Source: Strigamia acuminata
Lineage: Eukaryota
DNA: 64,000 bases
Direction of reading: 5' to 3'
Assembly: GCA_949358305.1 (NCBI GenBank)
Contig: OX442314.1
Span: 20,584,001-20,648,000 of the forward strand
In this document: piece by piece, positions 40,201-55,200 of the stretch
How positions within the stretch are numbered: the stretch's first letter is position 1
Layout: each line of letters starts with the position of its first letter
The notes under the pieces: generated by a model
Told to the model about the DNA's origin: nothing
What the model saw: only the letters and a program-made list of their open reading frames with translations
The model's database searches: none
Program-made: the position numbers and the translations under genes

Positions 40201-43200
40201 TACTTAGCAATGACATTCTAATAATGGCTACATGTCTAAACGAATAATATCCACTCTCTTCATAGAATTTATTCCAAGATCGCAATTAAACCAATTCGCT
40301 TAGCTTTAGCTAACAAAGCATCTGTCCGTTTCTCTACCAGCCAGCATTCCACTAAAAACAAATTTATTCTTGTGCCTAAACACCATGTTGACACCATACT
40401 ATTAGTTACGTGCGACATCTACCGCTAGATGAAGTTAAAAATATCCATTGTTCGTTGGGGCACGTGAACGAATCATTAATCAATTCACCACCACAAGCGG
40501 AGATTCTGCATATATATCAATAGTACCGAAAGCAGTTTTGTCAGTTTACACTTAATCAAAGCAAACAATAAAGAACCGTAATATTGTCCGATTAAACAAA
40601 CTGCTGTACCAATATTGAAAGAAAGGAGACTGATATTATACTTTTCCCATTTGCCTTAATTGAGACCAGACCAGAGTGAGAAGGGTTGGTAGGAAGTCTT
40701 ATCCGACAGACCATCAAACTACCGTCACCGGGAACCAATTCCAATTACAAAGACAAGAGTCATTAGAAGATCATCAGTAGACAGTAAAACTCTCATCCAC
40801 CCAAAAACGAAAGGAAGGGAAAAAAAGAATGAAAGAAACATGAGCTCATCATTAAAACCATGTTCATCTCAATTTTTATCCACATTAAAGATGGGCTATA
40901 GCAAAAAATTATTAACATTTTCTGAATTATTCGCTTATAAAATTGTATGTTTTATAACCAACCTGTGGATGATAATTTGGAAGTTCAAATAAGAATATAA
41001 AAATAAATTACTAAAATTATATTTGGATAATATGTGAAAAATTTTCCACAAATATGATTTTTAATTGCTTATTCTCAAATTGATAAAAAAAGAGAGAAAC
41101 ATTACGTCATTTTGAGTTTTCTTAACGATTGCAACACGAATTTCGAATACGGTTCTCTATCTTAATTTTTTTTTTGCATTTATGATCAATTCAAGAAAAG
41201 AAAAAAAAATCCACTCAAAAGTTTTAACTCACAATTGAATTCCCTCGCAATTCTCTCACTGCATTCTGAATGTTACTTTAGGCTCATATAAAATTTATAA
41301 CTATAAAAAGTTGCATTAAAAAACTTTTAGCTACAACCAGAACAAAAATGACTTCTCTATTAACTCCCAAATTTAAAATCATTCCAAATAAATACTCCCA
41401 CAATCCCTTTGGTGCCAACTAATAAACCAAACTACAAACTTTTAAGATCTTCGTAAACCCTAAGCACTTTGAAATTTTATAATTTGCACGCATGTATTGC
41501 AATTTTTATTAATTTTTAATAAAAACTTGCAGTTTTTAATTTATTTTTATTTTTGTATGAAATATTGTAGACCCTAAAAGGTTCGTGGGCCCTAGGTACT
41601 TATGTGCACACTCTGCTTAATGGATAAAACGACCCTGTCGCCAAACACAAAACATCCTACACCATTTTAAGAAAATCATTTCCTTTTTAAAAATCTCCAC
41701 CTCCATTTAAAATCCCATTATCTCACCTGAAGATGACATAAGGCCGGTGTTATTACCAGACGTGGCAGCAGCCAAGGCAGCAAGGTTCTGCACACTCATA
41801 GGATTCAAACCTGAAAAGATTAATTAACTGCCATTAAAAAAAATATATAATGTGGGGAAAAAATTGAAAAAATGTTATCAATTAATCTGCAAACGAAATT
41901 TCATCAAGGGAGCCATCATTTCACTTCCCCCAATGATAATCGACGAAGATAAGGTAATACTTAAAAAATATATATAAAATATATACGGAGTACATTTTTA
42001 TTTTTTTAAATTGAGAGATTGGAAACGATGGACTACTGGAAGTTTGGAGATGCCTTGCTCGTGAATATTTAACTCACCCATTTGTGGGTGCACGAGTGAA
42101 AGATTTTTAGTCGTGCTAACCTATCAGAACAAGGAGACCAGCTGCTTGTGATATTTAAATAATTCATACATTAAAGCCTCTTCAACACACGTAGCTTCAA
42201 TCAATTTGCGGATAAAATATGGACGTATGTTAGCTTCCCACCCCCTTTTTTCACTGAATTCTGCACTTCCTGTATTTCCAATCTTCATTTTTTTAGTTCA
42301 CCAAATTTTGTCACCAAATAAACCGAAATTTTACAATTTCCAGACACTTTGGTACACTTTTCCTCTATTCACTGCCACGTTGGTGCACAAAAAAAAAGTG
42401 AAAAATACTGAAAATTTTAAATTCAGTGTACTTTTGGTGAGTAAATCTTAAAATTAGAAATAAAGAAGAGTGGGCAGATAAATGTGACCCATAAAATATG
42501 AATTATCACGACCAAAGAAATTTCTTAAGTAATACATCAAATACTTAATTTTAAACCAAGAATCCGTTTTATTTTAATGCCCGTTTATATTTAATTCCAT
42601 TTGATTTGACTCCACATTAGGTTTGCAAATGCTGCATAGAGCGCCATACAGTGATGGAAATTCTAAACTCGCGGCCGAAGCACTTTACAATAAATTTTAA
42701 ATTAACGTTAGAACTTTCATGAATCTTTCCTCCCCGTTGAAATCCAATACTCGGGAGTTTCACAATGATCAAATATCACCAAATCCTTATTTTTATTCAG
42801 GGGGTTAAGAGATTTATTGCACAATACCTGGATTGGCGACTGCTATATTAGCTAACGCTGCCAAACCCTGCAAATTAGCTGCGTTGATATCTACGTGTGG
42901 GGAGGGAAAAAGATTACAAAACAAAATCAGTATTAAACACAATCGGGTGTGAATAAACCTTGAATAAAACCTGCTGTATTGTTTCCAGTAGACATTGTAA
43001 GGCCGGCTAAACTTTGACCTCCTAATCCTTGTAAACCTACCAAGCAGTTTGACCCTTAAAATAAAACAAAAATTAACCCCAAAATACTCCCAAAATACAT
43101 TAAAATCTTTACCTGCCGTACTGTTATTTGTCGCTGCCGCTAAAGCAGCCAGTTGCTGCATTCCTAAGGCATTTACACCTAAAAGAAATAAAATGTAGAG

Positions 43201-46200
43201 CTTGTAAGAATAAATTCAAGACACTGAACGAGAAAAAAAAAGAAAAGAAACTTCGAAAAAGTCAAACTTTCTCATGTCAGTTAACTCGTAATTTCCGTCT
43301 CAAGTGAATACGGATATATAAATAGAAAAAAAAAAGAAGACAAGCCCAAATGCGGGGAATGGATAAGAAAAGAAATAGACCGGGGGACCCAAGTGGCCAC
43401 TGAGTCCACCAATTCCATTTGCTTGGGTGTCAGACTCAGGAAACTGGTGAAAAAAGCCTCTCCAGCAACTAAACTGGATCCATCTTCGCACACTACGTCC
43501 ATCCCGAGCAATTTTCTTCGCTTCCTCTTGTGCTTCAATCCTCCATTTTCCACTCCTCCAGTTTCCTCACTGGGATGATAAGACCATCCGAGTAATTTGT
43601 TGTGAAAAGGGGATTTGCATCAAGCACCATCCTAGCTCGCGAAGCAGACACTTCCAATACAACTCATTAAGCATTTCTGTCAGCTTATTCCAAACAGATT
43701 TTGATGTTCACACACTTTTTCTTCTTCTTTTTACAACACTAAAGCTTCTTATTAGGCCGAGTCATTTTCCAAACAGATATTCTAGTGCAGGGAAAATAGG
43801 ACTTAAAACCTTCTCTTCGCTCTTCGGCTTTTCATTAAACAAAATGTAAGCTGCATGATTAAGACAAATTCTGTCTTGTTATGCCAGTCACTACAGTATA
43901 AACAAAGCGCCAAATCCTTATCAAGCAGACAAGTTGAAGCAAGAAGATTAAAAAACAAGAAAAGATCACCCGACTCCATTAACTCGAAAGACAAAAAAAA
44001 AAAAAAAACAGAAAAGAAAAGAAAGGAAAAGAAAAAAAAGATATAGAAATAGCAAATAGCCGTCACATTTCCCTCTGGCCTTGCTAATAAGCATAATGAG
44101 TTTGGCGTGTCGAGTCTACCCATTCATCACGGAGCCTGTCTCCAGAGGCTGTTGCACGAGAGAAGAGGAGCATCACAATCTCGTGCTACGTGCCGTCTTT
44201 GACTGAGTGGGTTTAGGGAAAAGAGGAAAATATCTCGAGAAAGCATCGTCTTAATGATGGGTTTAATGAAAAGCTCGCTCAACTCGATGCCATTTAGCAG
44301 CCAAACACAAACATCAAGCTGCACTCGACTCGAATGAGAGGATTAAAAACGTTGGTTTGGAAGTACTCGTTACGACTAAGAGAGGAAAGAACAGGAAAAG
44401 GTGGGGTTTTCCTCTCGGATTCTCACCTGCGAGTTGGGGAACATTGCTGAACGTACTCACTCCACCAGCTGCCTGCTGAAGAAGCTGCAAAAAAAATAGG
44501 AAAAAATAAAATCAATTTTAACAAAAATATGTTGAAAAATTCTATTAATCGCTGAAAAATTGATAAATCGATAACGATTGTTATTATAGCCAGAATTTCG
44601 CTTTAAAAATATCAATATTTTTCATTATCATTTTATGCCCACAAACCCGATATGCAAAATTTGTTTGCTAGCTAATTTCCCTTCCTTTTTCCTCACTCCC
44701 CACTCGCCCAAAGGACTTGTTTACAACCACTTCATAAAATCTCACAGTTAACACCTTTGAATCTCGTTAAGTCAAATACCAGCACATTAAAAATGAAAAA
44801 TAAAAGATAAAAATGGCCGTTGAAAAACAAGAAAACCGTAAAGCATGCATAAAACCAATTAACAAATATGACCTTTAACAGAAATTGCACTTAAACAAGA
44901 AAAAGAGCACCTAATGCATAATAATCCAGGCAACATTCGCCGACCACCATAGGATAAAAGGGATGAAACCGACCTGGGATTGAGTTGACGAAGCACTCAC
45001 CACCTTTTACAGGCCCAAAGAGGCAATAGCTCGGTAATTTCTAGCACGCTTCATAAACTTTTAGTGGGTTCTGAACGGCAGCGTCATAAGGCAATTTACA
45101 TTGAACAAGAGGGGCTTCAGCATTACCCTGAATTTGGCAGCATCTGGGGAGAGGTTTCAGCCAACGATGACAGAACTATGTAGATTCCCCTTCTTAACGT
45201 ACACGCCCGCCTTTCCCTTTTCCCCAAGAGTGCCTAGAGCACCGCTCCATCTTCAAATTGGCTTTTAACGAGCCAGACGAGGACAAAACTCCGCTCATAA
45301 AAACATGCAGATGACTACTCAATAATCCTATATTCAAGTTGTTGTTGTTGTTTTTTTTAAAAAAAAACAAAAAAAAATATATATAATACAAGATCTGCAA
45401 GTCTAAAAATCTTATAATTCGAAGATTACATTATTTTTCTGAAGTCATCAATTTTAAAATTAAATTTATCATTCGGCTTTCAGACAATCTAGTTACGTTG
45501 AAATTTACCTGCTAAAATCACCTAAAGGATTTGCCCAAAACAAGTGCACTGAATTAAAATTAGAAATAATAAAAAGAAGAGAAAAGAAAAGAAAAGAAAA
45601 GAAAAGCCCTCGCAGAAGGAATCGCGAGATAAAAGCGGCAGAACCATCACAAATGTTTTTCAACAAGGCTCCTACGGGATTTTAGCTTGCAAAAACAGAA
45701 ACGATGTACCAGTCAAGAAGAGAAGCGAAGAATTTCTTTGCACTGATGCCCCATAGGAATAATAGACATACCCCATTTGAAAATAAAAAAATCTTCCGGG
45801 TAATGCTAGGGATTTTATTTCTATTCCTCCCCCCTAAACCTCCCTACAGTGTCTATGATTTTCCACGGAAATCTACACTTTAAAAACTTACATTGCATAC
45901 TGAGTTTAAAATAATAATAATAAAAAGAAAATAACATCAAATTTAAATTCCTTAATCCTATTAGACTGTCAAGTTATTTACAAATTCTATAAAATATAAA
46001 AAGTTGTGCAAGTAAAAATGAGACTCGACGCATCGTTTCCTATACATATTTTCCTCCATCTTATTAAACCAACTTGTAATCCAGTCAATATGTTATTCCG
46101 ATCAAATTGTGGTCACCAGGGTGAAAACCTCAGAGACCCTGCTGGGAAAACATCATTTTCATTCCAAAAAGTGACACTAGGTGCGGCGCTTGTTGTCTAA

Positions 46201-49200
46201 CATGCCCGCATGTTCTCCCCAACTCACAAGAAGAAGAAAGCAGGCGAAGTGCTCATTCACCAACAAGCTCAAGCCATGAAACTTCATCTTGTAGCTCATT
46301 TTCAACTCTATATTACTAAAGTCCCACAAACAGTTCTTGGAAAGCTCACAAAACTGAAACTCACTTGAGCGCCAGAAAATCTACCAGCAGGAGGTTTGCA
46401 ATTCAAAACACATTAAAACCGAAGAAAATGTACAATAAGAGTGAGAAAAAAAAAAGACAATAGCCTTATTTGAAAAATTATTACCCTTTTTACACTTGAC
46501 AAAGCCATATTTACATTTCCCATGAAAAGATAAAGTTGGCATTCAATGAATAAGCAATAAACTTTACAAATTGTCACTACACTCACTAGAAATAAACTGA
46601 AAATGGCAATTTTAAACTTAAAATTTGTTTTGCTAATTATTTTTTAATTTAAAAAAAGAGTACTGGCAAGTAGCATGTGCCCACTTTTAATTTGCAAGTG
46701 CATTTCTTTTGATCTCAAGGTAAAACTATTACTGCGTAAAGCTGACACATGAATTATGCACGAGGCATAGGAATCAACTTAACACAACTGAGGGAGTAAT
46801 ACTCAAGACTTGAAGTGAGTTTTGGGTAATGATTTACAAGTAATTAGTTCCCTGCATTTTATCTACTGTAATTTGCCCTGCATTACTTCCAAATCCTGCG
46901 CTTACATGCAAGTGGATTACTTAGCATGAATTACCCTTAACAATTTAATTTTCCTTTGATGGAAAAAAATCAAATCTTGTTAATTCCCATTGAAAGTTGC
47001 AAATGATTGACTCATTTGTTTGCTTTTAAGCTTTTTTCCCCCCATACATTAGAATTAGAAGTTAACTTAGAAACATAAATTTTACACTTTAATGTTGTTT
47101 GTAAAAAAAAAATAAGGTATATATATATACAAATAAAAGTTTAAAATATTTCTGAATCTAATATTTGCTGAAACATTTATCAAATTTCTTTTCCCATTTT
47201 GCAATGTCAAGAATAAAATATATCTAAGTACGGTATATTTTTTAAAAATCCACCTCCCCTACCTTATTTTTTTTTTACTTTGTCGATATTAAACTTCAAT
47301 AAAATCTGTCAAAAAGTTGGTTGTACTTTAAACTGCAAGTGTAACTGTGTTTGTACGCAAAATCAAACAAATTTTATGCGAATTTTTAATCGAATCCACA
47401 TGCTATTGCTAAAAACGAGTTTAAGCGTAATGGGATTCATATGGAACCATTCTTCCCGCTTGTTTTCTCATATTTCTCCAATTTAAAACTATTCCAGAAT
47501 CCATTCAATTTTATTCTTATACTTACAGTTAAATTAAGTGGACTTAGAGCACTTAGGTTTGCGACATTCCATAAATTGGCACTCATCTGCTGCATTCTTT
47601 TCTGATCCTTTTCCTTCTGTGTGTCAGCAAACTTCACAACAAGGGGAGACGAACATCCCTGTTAAAAAGAAACAATGTCAAGAATAACTTACGTCTACAT
47701 TATAATGGACAAAATACAGATTAAAATAATAATACTGTAATCCAAGATAAACAATCTAAAATTTCTATTCATAAAGTTACACAAGGAATAGATTCATCGT
47801 AGGTTTCCATCAACTGATAAAGGTATAGCAGCAAATTAAAACCGTCGTGTATGTACATACACGAGTTCAGAATAAATGAAAATGTATCGATTGATTTGAT
47901 ACTCTTTTCACAAGAGATTATCAGAATATAACCAAATACAATGTGATGAAAAGATCGTTGATTACTTCGTAAAGCCTTCGGATTAAAAATTATGTATCTG
48001 CAAACTATCAAAAGCTTGGTATTAATTCGTCATCGCGGAAAGAACAGTGCAAACTGCCAAGTGAATGATTAAATTAAACGTATTATCAATTATCACTTTG
48101 AAATCATTTCCATTTTAAACATAACATATCAACTTGATTCATCGGTCAGTTTTGTGATTAAATTTAAACCTTTCAAACCTCCAAAGATATAAACCACATT
48201 CTAAATTTAAAAAAATTAAACAAACAAACACATCACCTTTATTTATAGTTTTAAGAAAACCCACACACAGAATTCCTCTTTTTCTGTTTCACAACTTGTC
48301 TTCTTGCAGCTAGTTTTTGAGCCAAAATGTTGACAACAAACAGAGATATGTCTGAATTGTTGACGTTGGCCAAAAATCTCAACCAACAACTAAGGATTCT
48401 TGTTTGCAGAACCAAATAAATGTATGACTGGATTCTACTGCAAAACTTTTATTTGCTTTCAACTCTCGAGGCTGCAGACGTTATCTTCAAATAACAACTA
48501 GTAAAATTGCATCATTCAAACTAAAAAAAAATTAGAGTGGCGTTGATGGATACGGTAACGGCTAAATCGAATACATTCAACTAAACTAAACTATTTATAC
48601 AGTAAAGTAATAAATGCAAGTTGCTTCGCCTAGAAACAATTCTCGTATGCGCTAATACGCTCGGGATTACTCCACATTAAACGAGCAGATTTGATTTCCA
48701 TGAAATTTACGAAACTTTATGCAGTAAAATTTAACTATTCAGTTATTGTAGGCAAACAGCAACAAATACACTTAAAGTTGCAAACAAAATTTCATTTCTC
48801 CAAATGCCATCTTTTGATGGCTCGTGTTTGTGGTGTCGGCGAATTTGATTTGGTGGATGCAGGCGTTAACCTTATGTTCACCATTACTGAATTGCAAATG
48901 CTCGCACATATTCGCAAAATCAATTTCAAACTACCGTACATATTAAATGTGAAAAAATTGAATTTCATCAAATAACTCTTCTTCAAGAAAAGTGATTAGA
49001 AAATGAGACCAACTTATTTAATTAAAATAAACCAGATGTGATTTGGCCAAATAACTGAACCATCTGCTTATAGAAATGAAAAATAGCAGCAGTTGGAAGA
49101 TCTAATCAAATTCGGATCAATTTCAAGCCAAATTTGATTGACACGCTGCCAAACACCGTGTAAAGTCACACAATTTTTCTAATTTTCTAAATTTAAATTT

Positions 49201-52200
49201 TCCGTAATCTGATTACATTAAACCTAGCTAATTCTATTTCTCAGTTTACTGTGTTTTTGAGATAGATGAAAGAATAGAAAAATAATGATTTTAGCGGGGG
49301 AGTGAGCAGCTGAGCACTGAACGCGAGTTCCGATTTTCATCGTGCAATAAATATAGGACGAAATTAAATGTAACGACCATCCACAACTTGGCCTTCGTTC
49401 CCTGTTTGATGACACAGTGCAAGTGCAAAAATCACAGGTTTGGGATAATGATTATCATGCAACTTTAAGAATAAAACTTTTACCGATTATTTCAATTCCC
49501 AACGACCCAACCTGCACTCGACTACACGTGCCGTCTCATCATAAAAAAATACTTTCCCTTTCAGAACCATTTTTTTTATTTATTAGAAAAAAGCAACAAC
49601 TTTAAATTGCAAATTTGATAGTCTAAAAGAAAAAGCTTACTAAAAGTAAAAAAAAATAAACACAATTATTCAGGTAATGATGTCTCAAGATAACTCCTCC
49701 GAAACTGACTAAAATGAAAGCGACTGTCTAGTTACACATGCAGTAGAAGCTCCCAATTAGGAGTCATAGAAACAAAAGACGAAATGATAATGTGTTTCTC
49801 ATTATGTCGACAAACTTGAAATTTCATACATGCGGATATCGCATTTCTCTCGTAGCAATTTACTTTGAAATTAAAGCCAAATGAGAAGTGAAATGCTGAG
49901 GAAAATCACGTGCATAACGGAAGCCGTAACAACCACACTTACATTTTCTTATTGCCATTTGTTTATTCAATTACAAAACTTTCCTCATTTCCCACTATTA
50001 ATCCAACTAACAAACCACCGCACATGTAATAACCAATAAGTGTAACAAGTAAGTAAAAACACGTAAGAAATTAAACAATTTTGAAATTGTTTACAAATGG
50101 CCAGAATTTATCAGAATTTAAAAAATTCCAACTTTTATTAAATAAAGTTTACTGAAACGTGGTTAATTGTATTATTTAAATGTCCAAACTCATTTTTAAC
50201 GTTTACTTCAATACAACATACACAGTACTGGGCCATTCCGTTAGGTATTTTCATCAATGTATCTCGATGCATCTCTCAACCAATCACAGCGCGTCATGAA
50301 AATAATACGTTCATGCCCAACATGAACGTATTATTTTCACGACGCGTAGCCACTTCGAAACTTTTTATACATCTTTAGGCCTATAATGGGGCTCTCAAGC
50401 CTTCTAGCACAGCCACCCAAAGTGCCAACTAGCAATGAAAGCTTTTTCAAACCTTTCGCAATGAAAAACAGGTAACGTTCCCCTATAAAAAGCAGTCCTT
50501 TAAATTTTTGATGGGTCATCCTTAGTGTGAAAATGAAAATACATGTGGTGCGAGAAACAGGAGAAGCTGTAATTAACAGTTGCTTCCTAACATGGGATTT
50601 CCATTCACCAGCACTTGTTTAGTGGCATTTTCAAGTGCCTTCCAAGAGCCAAAGGCGCGGGGGAGAGAGAGTGGCTAGGAGGAGAAGGACAGATAGAAAA
50701 TGAGTGAGTGAATAAGAGATAAGTGCAGGTGGCATCGAATCTTGAGCCACTCAACACTTTCACCCATTCACCCCTCTTGCACCTTACTCCACCACCTTAT
50801 CAAACCAGTCCATTCTCTTGATAGTATTGAAAGACTAAAAAAAAAAAAAAAATTGGTAAAAATTTCTCGTTGTATTTTGTTTGATGTTTATAAAAAGTGA
50901 TTTTGATTCATTGCAGAATGAATAGCAAGAAACCAAAGCTCTCGTGACCATAAATCCTTGTAAAAATAATCATTTATACATCTGTATACTGTACATTCCC
51001 GCTATGAGAACATGTGCATAAGCAAATAATCACACAAAAGAGATTTATTACTGATTATAAACCTGTCAGGTTTAAAAAAAAACCTCAATAAAGAATATAA
51101 ATATTTCTTTCACTCCAAGTTGGACCATAAACCTTGCAACATTGACCAGTAACTGAAACTTAATTAAAAATGTACAAAAAAAACAAAAAAAAAAACAGAA
51201 TAAACATTCAGATTAATCGCAGAAAAGAAGTCATCTAAATAAAATACAGAATTTTAATGTTTAAAAACACTGAAATTCAAATTGTGAACATTAGTAAACA
51301 TTTTATCTTTATATATTAAGCGCATTCATAAACTCATTCAGACTAAACAGCATTTTAAGCAACATATTTAAACATGACTTTATGAATGCGCTACGTATTG
51401 CAATACTGTGAAGTTTAAACTAAAATAATTGTGGAAAACTATTGATTTCTTTCACATTTAAATTGAATATTGTTAAAATTGTCTGTCACCACGAAGAAAC
51501 AAATCAGAATTACATACATAAAATAATGAAAGAAAAAACATAAATTACAAATAAAAAATAGACATTTTCTTACCTCCATTGTTTGTGAATGGTGCATGGC
51601 TTTGATGGCATTTATTGCACACTGCCGCGAAGCGTATGTTACAAAGGCACAGCCTGTGGGCAGAAGAGACAAGGAAAAAAAATAGGACGCAACCAGGAAA
51701 CAGAATGACAAGTAACTACTCGAAAGAAGTAAATGTAGATATATGTATATATGAAATAAAAAAAACGATATAAATGAAACCAATATCAAAAACTACTATA
51801 CAAAAGCATTATTTACAACAAAACACAATCCAAACTAGTGATTTTTCAAATGTTATCAACAAGTGTCCATTTATACATAAAAAGAAAGACACAAAGAATT
51901 ATGTGCCAAACTGTTTATACATCACAGTGTGTGTGTGTTTTATCAGGCAAGAAATTTTGATTTTAAAATTAAATATAAGATATTTTTCTCAAATACTAAA
52001 ATTAATTAAAACTAATAAAGAAAGAAAAAAAAAAAAGAAAAAAAGATCCTACCTTTGCTCTGTCCATTTGTATCTCTTAAAACAGTACATTCTTCTATCG
52101 TTCCGTATGATGAAAATAATGATCTCACATCAGTTTCATTGCACTTTTTTGATAACATTCCTACAAATAATTTTCTCTCTACAAATAGAACAAAAAGAAA

Positions 52201-55200
52201 AAAATATTAGATGAATCAAAACTCCAATTATTAGCACGTGTACAAAAACTCCCCTATTTTCAATGACATAAGTTAGTTCAAAGATATTTAAAGAAGATTG
52301 GCAATTTAAAGTGCCAAGTTTAGAGCCACCCTTCGTCTTGGGATAAGACTCACAAATGAATTGTAAAACATCTTAAAACCTCCCATTCCACAAAGAAGGC
52401 AATAAAATGGGTCGGAATGAAAAGGAGAAGAAGAAAAAGGAGAAAGTGAAAAATGGTTAGACTACAATTGCCATCAATCAAGTAATCTTCCCCTAAACTA
52501 TTCACATTGCCTATAAAAGAGCAGGCTTCTTGTGATGCATCCTCAGGTTTGAACCTCCTCAATACACGTCTTAAATGGAATGCTATAAATTGCCAAGTCC
52601 ATTGGTAGTGAAAACCTGAACACATGATACCACTAAGCCACTCGTCTTAAATAAAAAACCCATTAAAAGATAAATTCAAACTGTTAACCAAACTTTAAAA
52701 CCATTTTATTGCAATTTTTATTGCATAAAAACCAACAGTAACGCTACAGAGAACTAGACAGCAATTCACAAAAAGTATTTTTGCACAATGTTCTACAAAA
52801 TCTTGTTCTTTTAGCCAAATGTTCTGCAAATTATCTAGCTCTTTATTCTGGTGAAGCATTCTCATTTCTAGCAGTATTTGGTAGAATTGAGTGGGCTTAG
52901 AACCGTTAAAAGTTCGCTTTTAAAAGCTTTTAGTCATGGAAGGGCTGGTAATATTCCAAGTAAAAAACTTTCTTTTATCGCCACAACAATAATGTACTCT
53001 CGTAAAATGCAACTTTTGGGTGGGGAAAACAACCCCACTGATACTATACTGTACTATCACAACACCGCACAATAACTTCATCAATCCATTTCCTTTAAGT
53101 ATCAAACCATACAACACCCAATAAAATTTCGTACTTTATTAACTTAACTGAAACTGCATCAAAATCTGCATTTGTGCAACAAATATAACCAAATATTTCA
53201 CTTGAAAATCAATAACTGAAATAAATTAGCAATTAAAACTTTTCTATCAAAGCTAGTAAAGTTTGTGGTTCAGTGCTCACTTCAGTCTTAATTCAGTTAG
53301 CTGACAAAATCAATAAAAATTCAATCATTTTGCTCAGGAAACGCTGTGAAACACAAACCCGTATTGCAATTTCTATTTATAATGATTTAAAACGAAAACA
53401 CATCTTTTAAAATCTCCCGCAAGAAGGAAAAACAAAAACAAAAGATAAAAGAGAGAAAATAAAAGCGGAAATTAGAGCACCAGAATTTTTATTCAAACAA
53501 GCAGGTAATTAATTAATAGTTGTCTGAAAAATTTATGATAACAAACTCTTTCCTTTCAGCAACCTTTCCCACAAAGCTCCACAAACTTGATGACAGGTAA
53601 AGATTACTAAAACAACTTGATTTATAAGTGTTTTTCTGAAACTTCTGCTCAAACTCGAAGAAAAAGAAGAAAACAACCTCAAACTTTTCAACAAATAGTA
53701 ATCGCACACTTTCATCAAAATAATGCCCTCTCGTGCAATTTTTCAACACTAGCCTTTTGTATTTTTTCTTGTATTGTCACTCGTCCATTCCGCCCACATA
53801 ATTAATAATTTAAATTTAAAAAAATTCCGCAAAACAATTTTTTACCTCATATTTTTACATATTATACTGAAACAGATCAGATTGAAATGAAATTAAGAGA
53901 CAAAAATCAAATTATAACTCTTCTGCGAAGTTTTCTTTCAAACTTTTTACGAAATCAAAATTTAATCAATGACAACTTTGGACCAAAATAATAAACAATT
54001 AAGTCTAACTCGAAAATACTTCCCTCTCCTTCCACCCCCTTTTATTTCTTCAGGGGAGCCTTCTAATGGAGTTATCAGATTTATTCCTCGGTGTAGACAC
54101 CATATTGGCTGGCAACTCCCCAAATCCAATTTGACCAATTCACAATACAATACCAATTTAATTTCATTAGAATGTTTTTCAAAATGTACACACTTTTTTA
54201 TTCTACTTTTTTTCCCTGAGCATTTCTTTCTTTTTTTAAAGTTTAAAGAAAAAATATAAATTAATCCCAAACCTGGGAGCAATTACTTTTAGAAATTATA
54301 AAAAACAAGATAAGATAAGATTAAATTCGCAACAAATTTCTATAATAATTTCAGGCATTCGCGCATCACTTGACTCCAAATGGATCAAAATTGCAGTTTT
54401 CTTTGAGATATCAACATCAACTGTCACATAAAATAAAAATTGATATCATTTAAATCAAAACACATGTCGGAATGAAAACAAGTGTGAATAAATTTCAACT
54501 AAAAATACTATAAACGCAGCAGTAATGTATTAAAGCAGCCTGCAATTAAAAATAGTAACGCATTCATTAATTCCAACTAATATTCTCAAATGAAAGTGAA
54601 CACTGCGACATAAAACAAGAAAGACAACTTAGTTTACAAACTAATGTATTAATGTAACTCGAATAATTAAATTATTTCACAGTTCATCAATAAATTATTT
54701 AAATGAAAGCAAAATCTTCACTGTTCCGTGATATAATTACATTTATCCGATTAAATGTTACATTCCCGTTATTTATGTTTAATTCCACGCACAATCAAAA
54801 TAAGCATTCAAGCCGCAACGCCAAACTTTGACTGTAGGTGAAGATATCACATTTATTTATTTTGGAAAAGATAGAAGAACAGATTTATTGATCCAAATAA
54901 ATTGTACTTTCATTGCACCTAGCAGCAAAAAGCTCATTTCTGCACTCCCTTCAATGTGTTGCAATTGTTAGCACCTTATTTTTATCTTCCATTTTTATAG
55001 AAGATACACCTAAATCCAATCACTGTCGAAATGACACACACAAGGTATCTACAAAGATCAATAAAAATAAACCAAGCTAACCGTCCAATCACAATTCAAT
55101 GGTTATGAAACGTACGAAACAAAGCAACACTAGGCGCATTCGTAAAGTCATTTAGATTAAACAGCATTTAAACTGCTGCTCTCGATCTAACTTCAAACAT

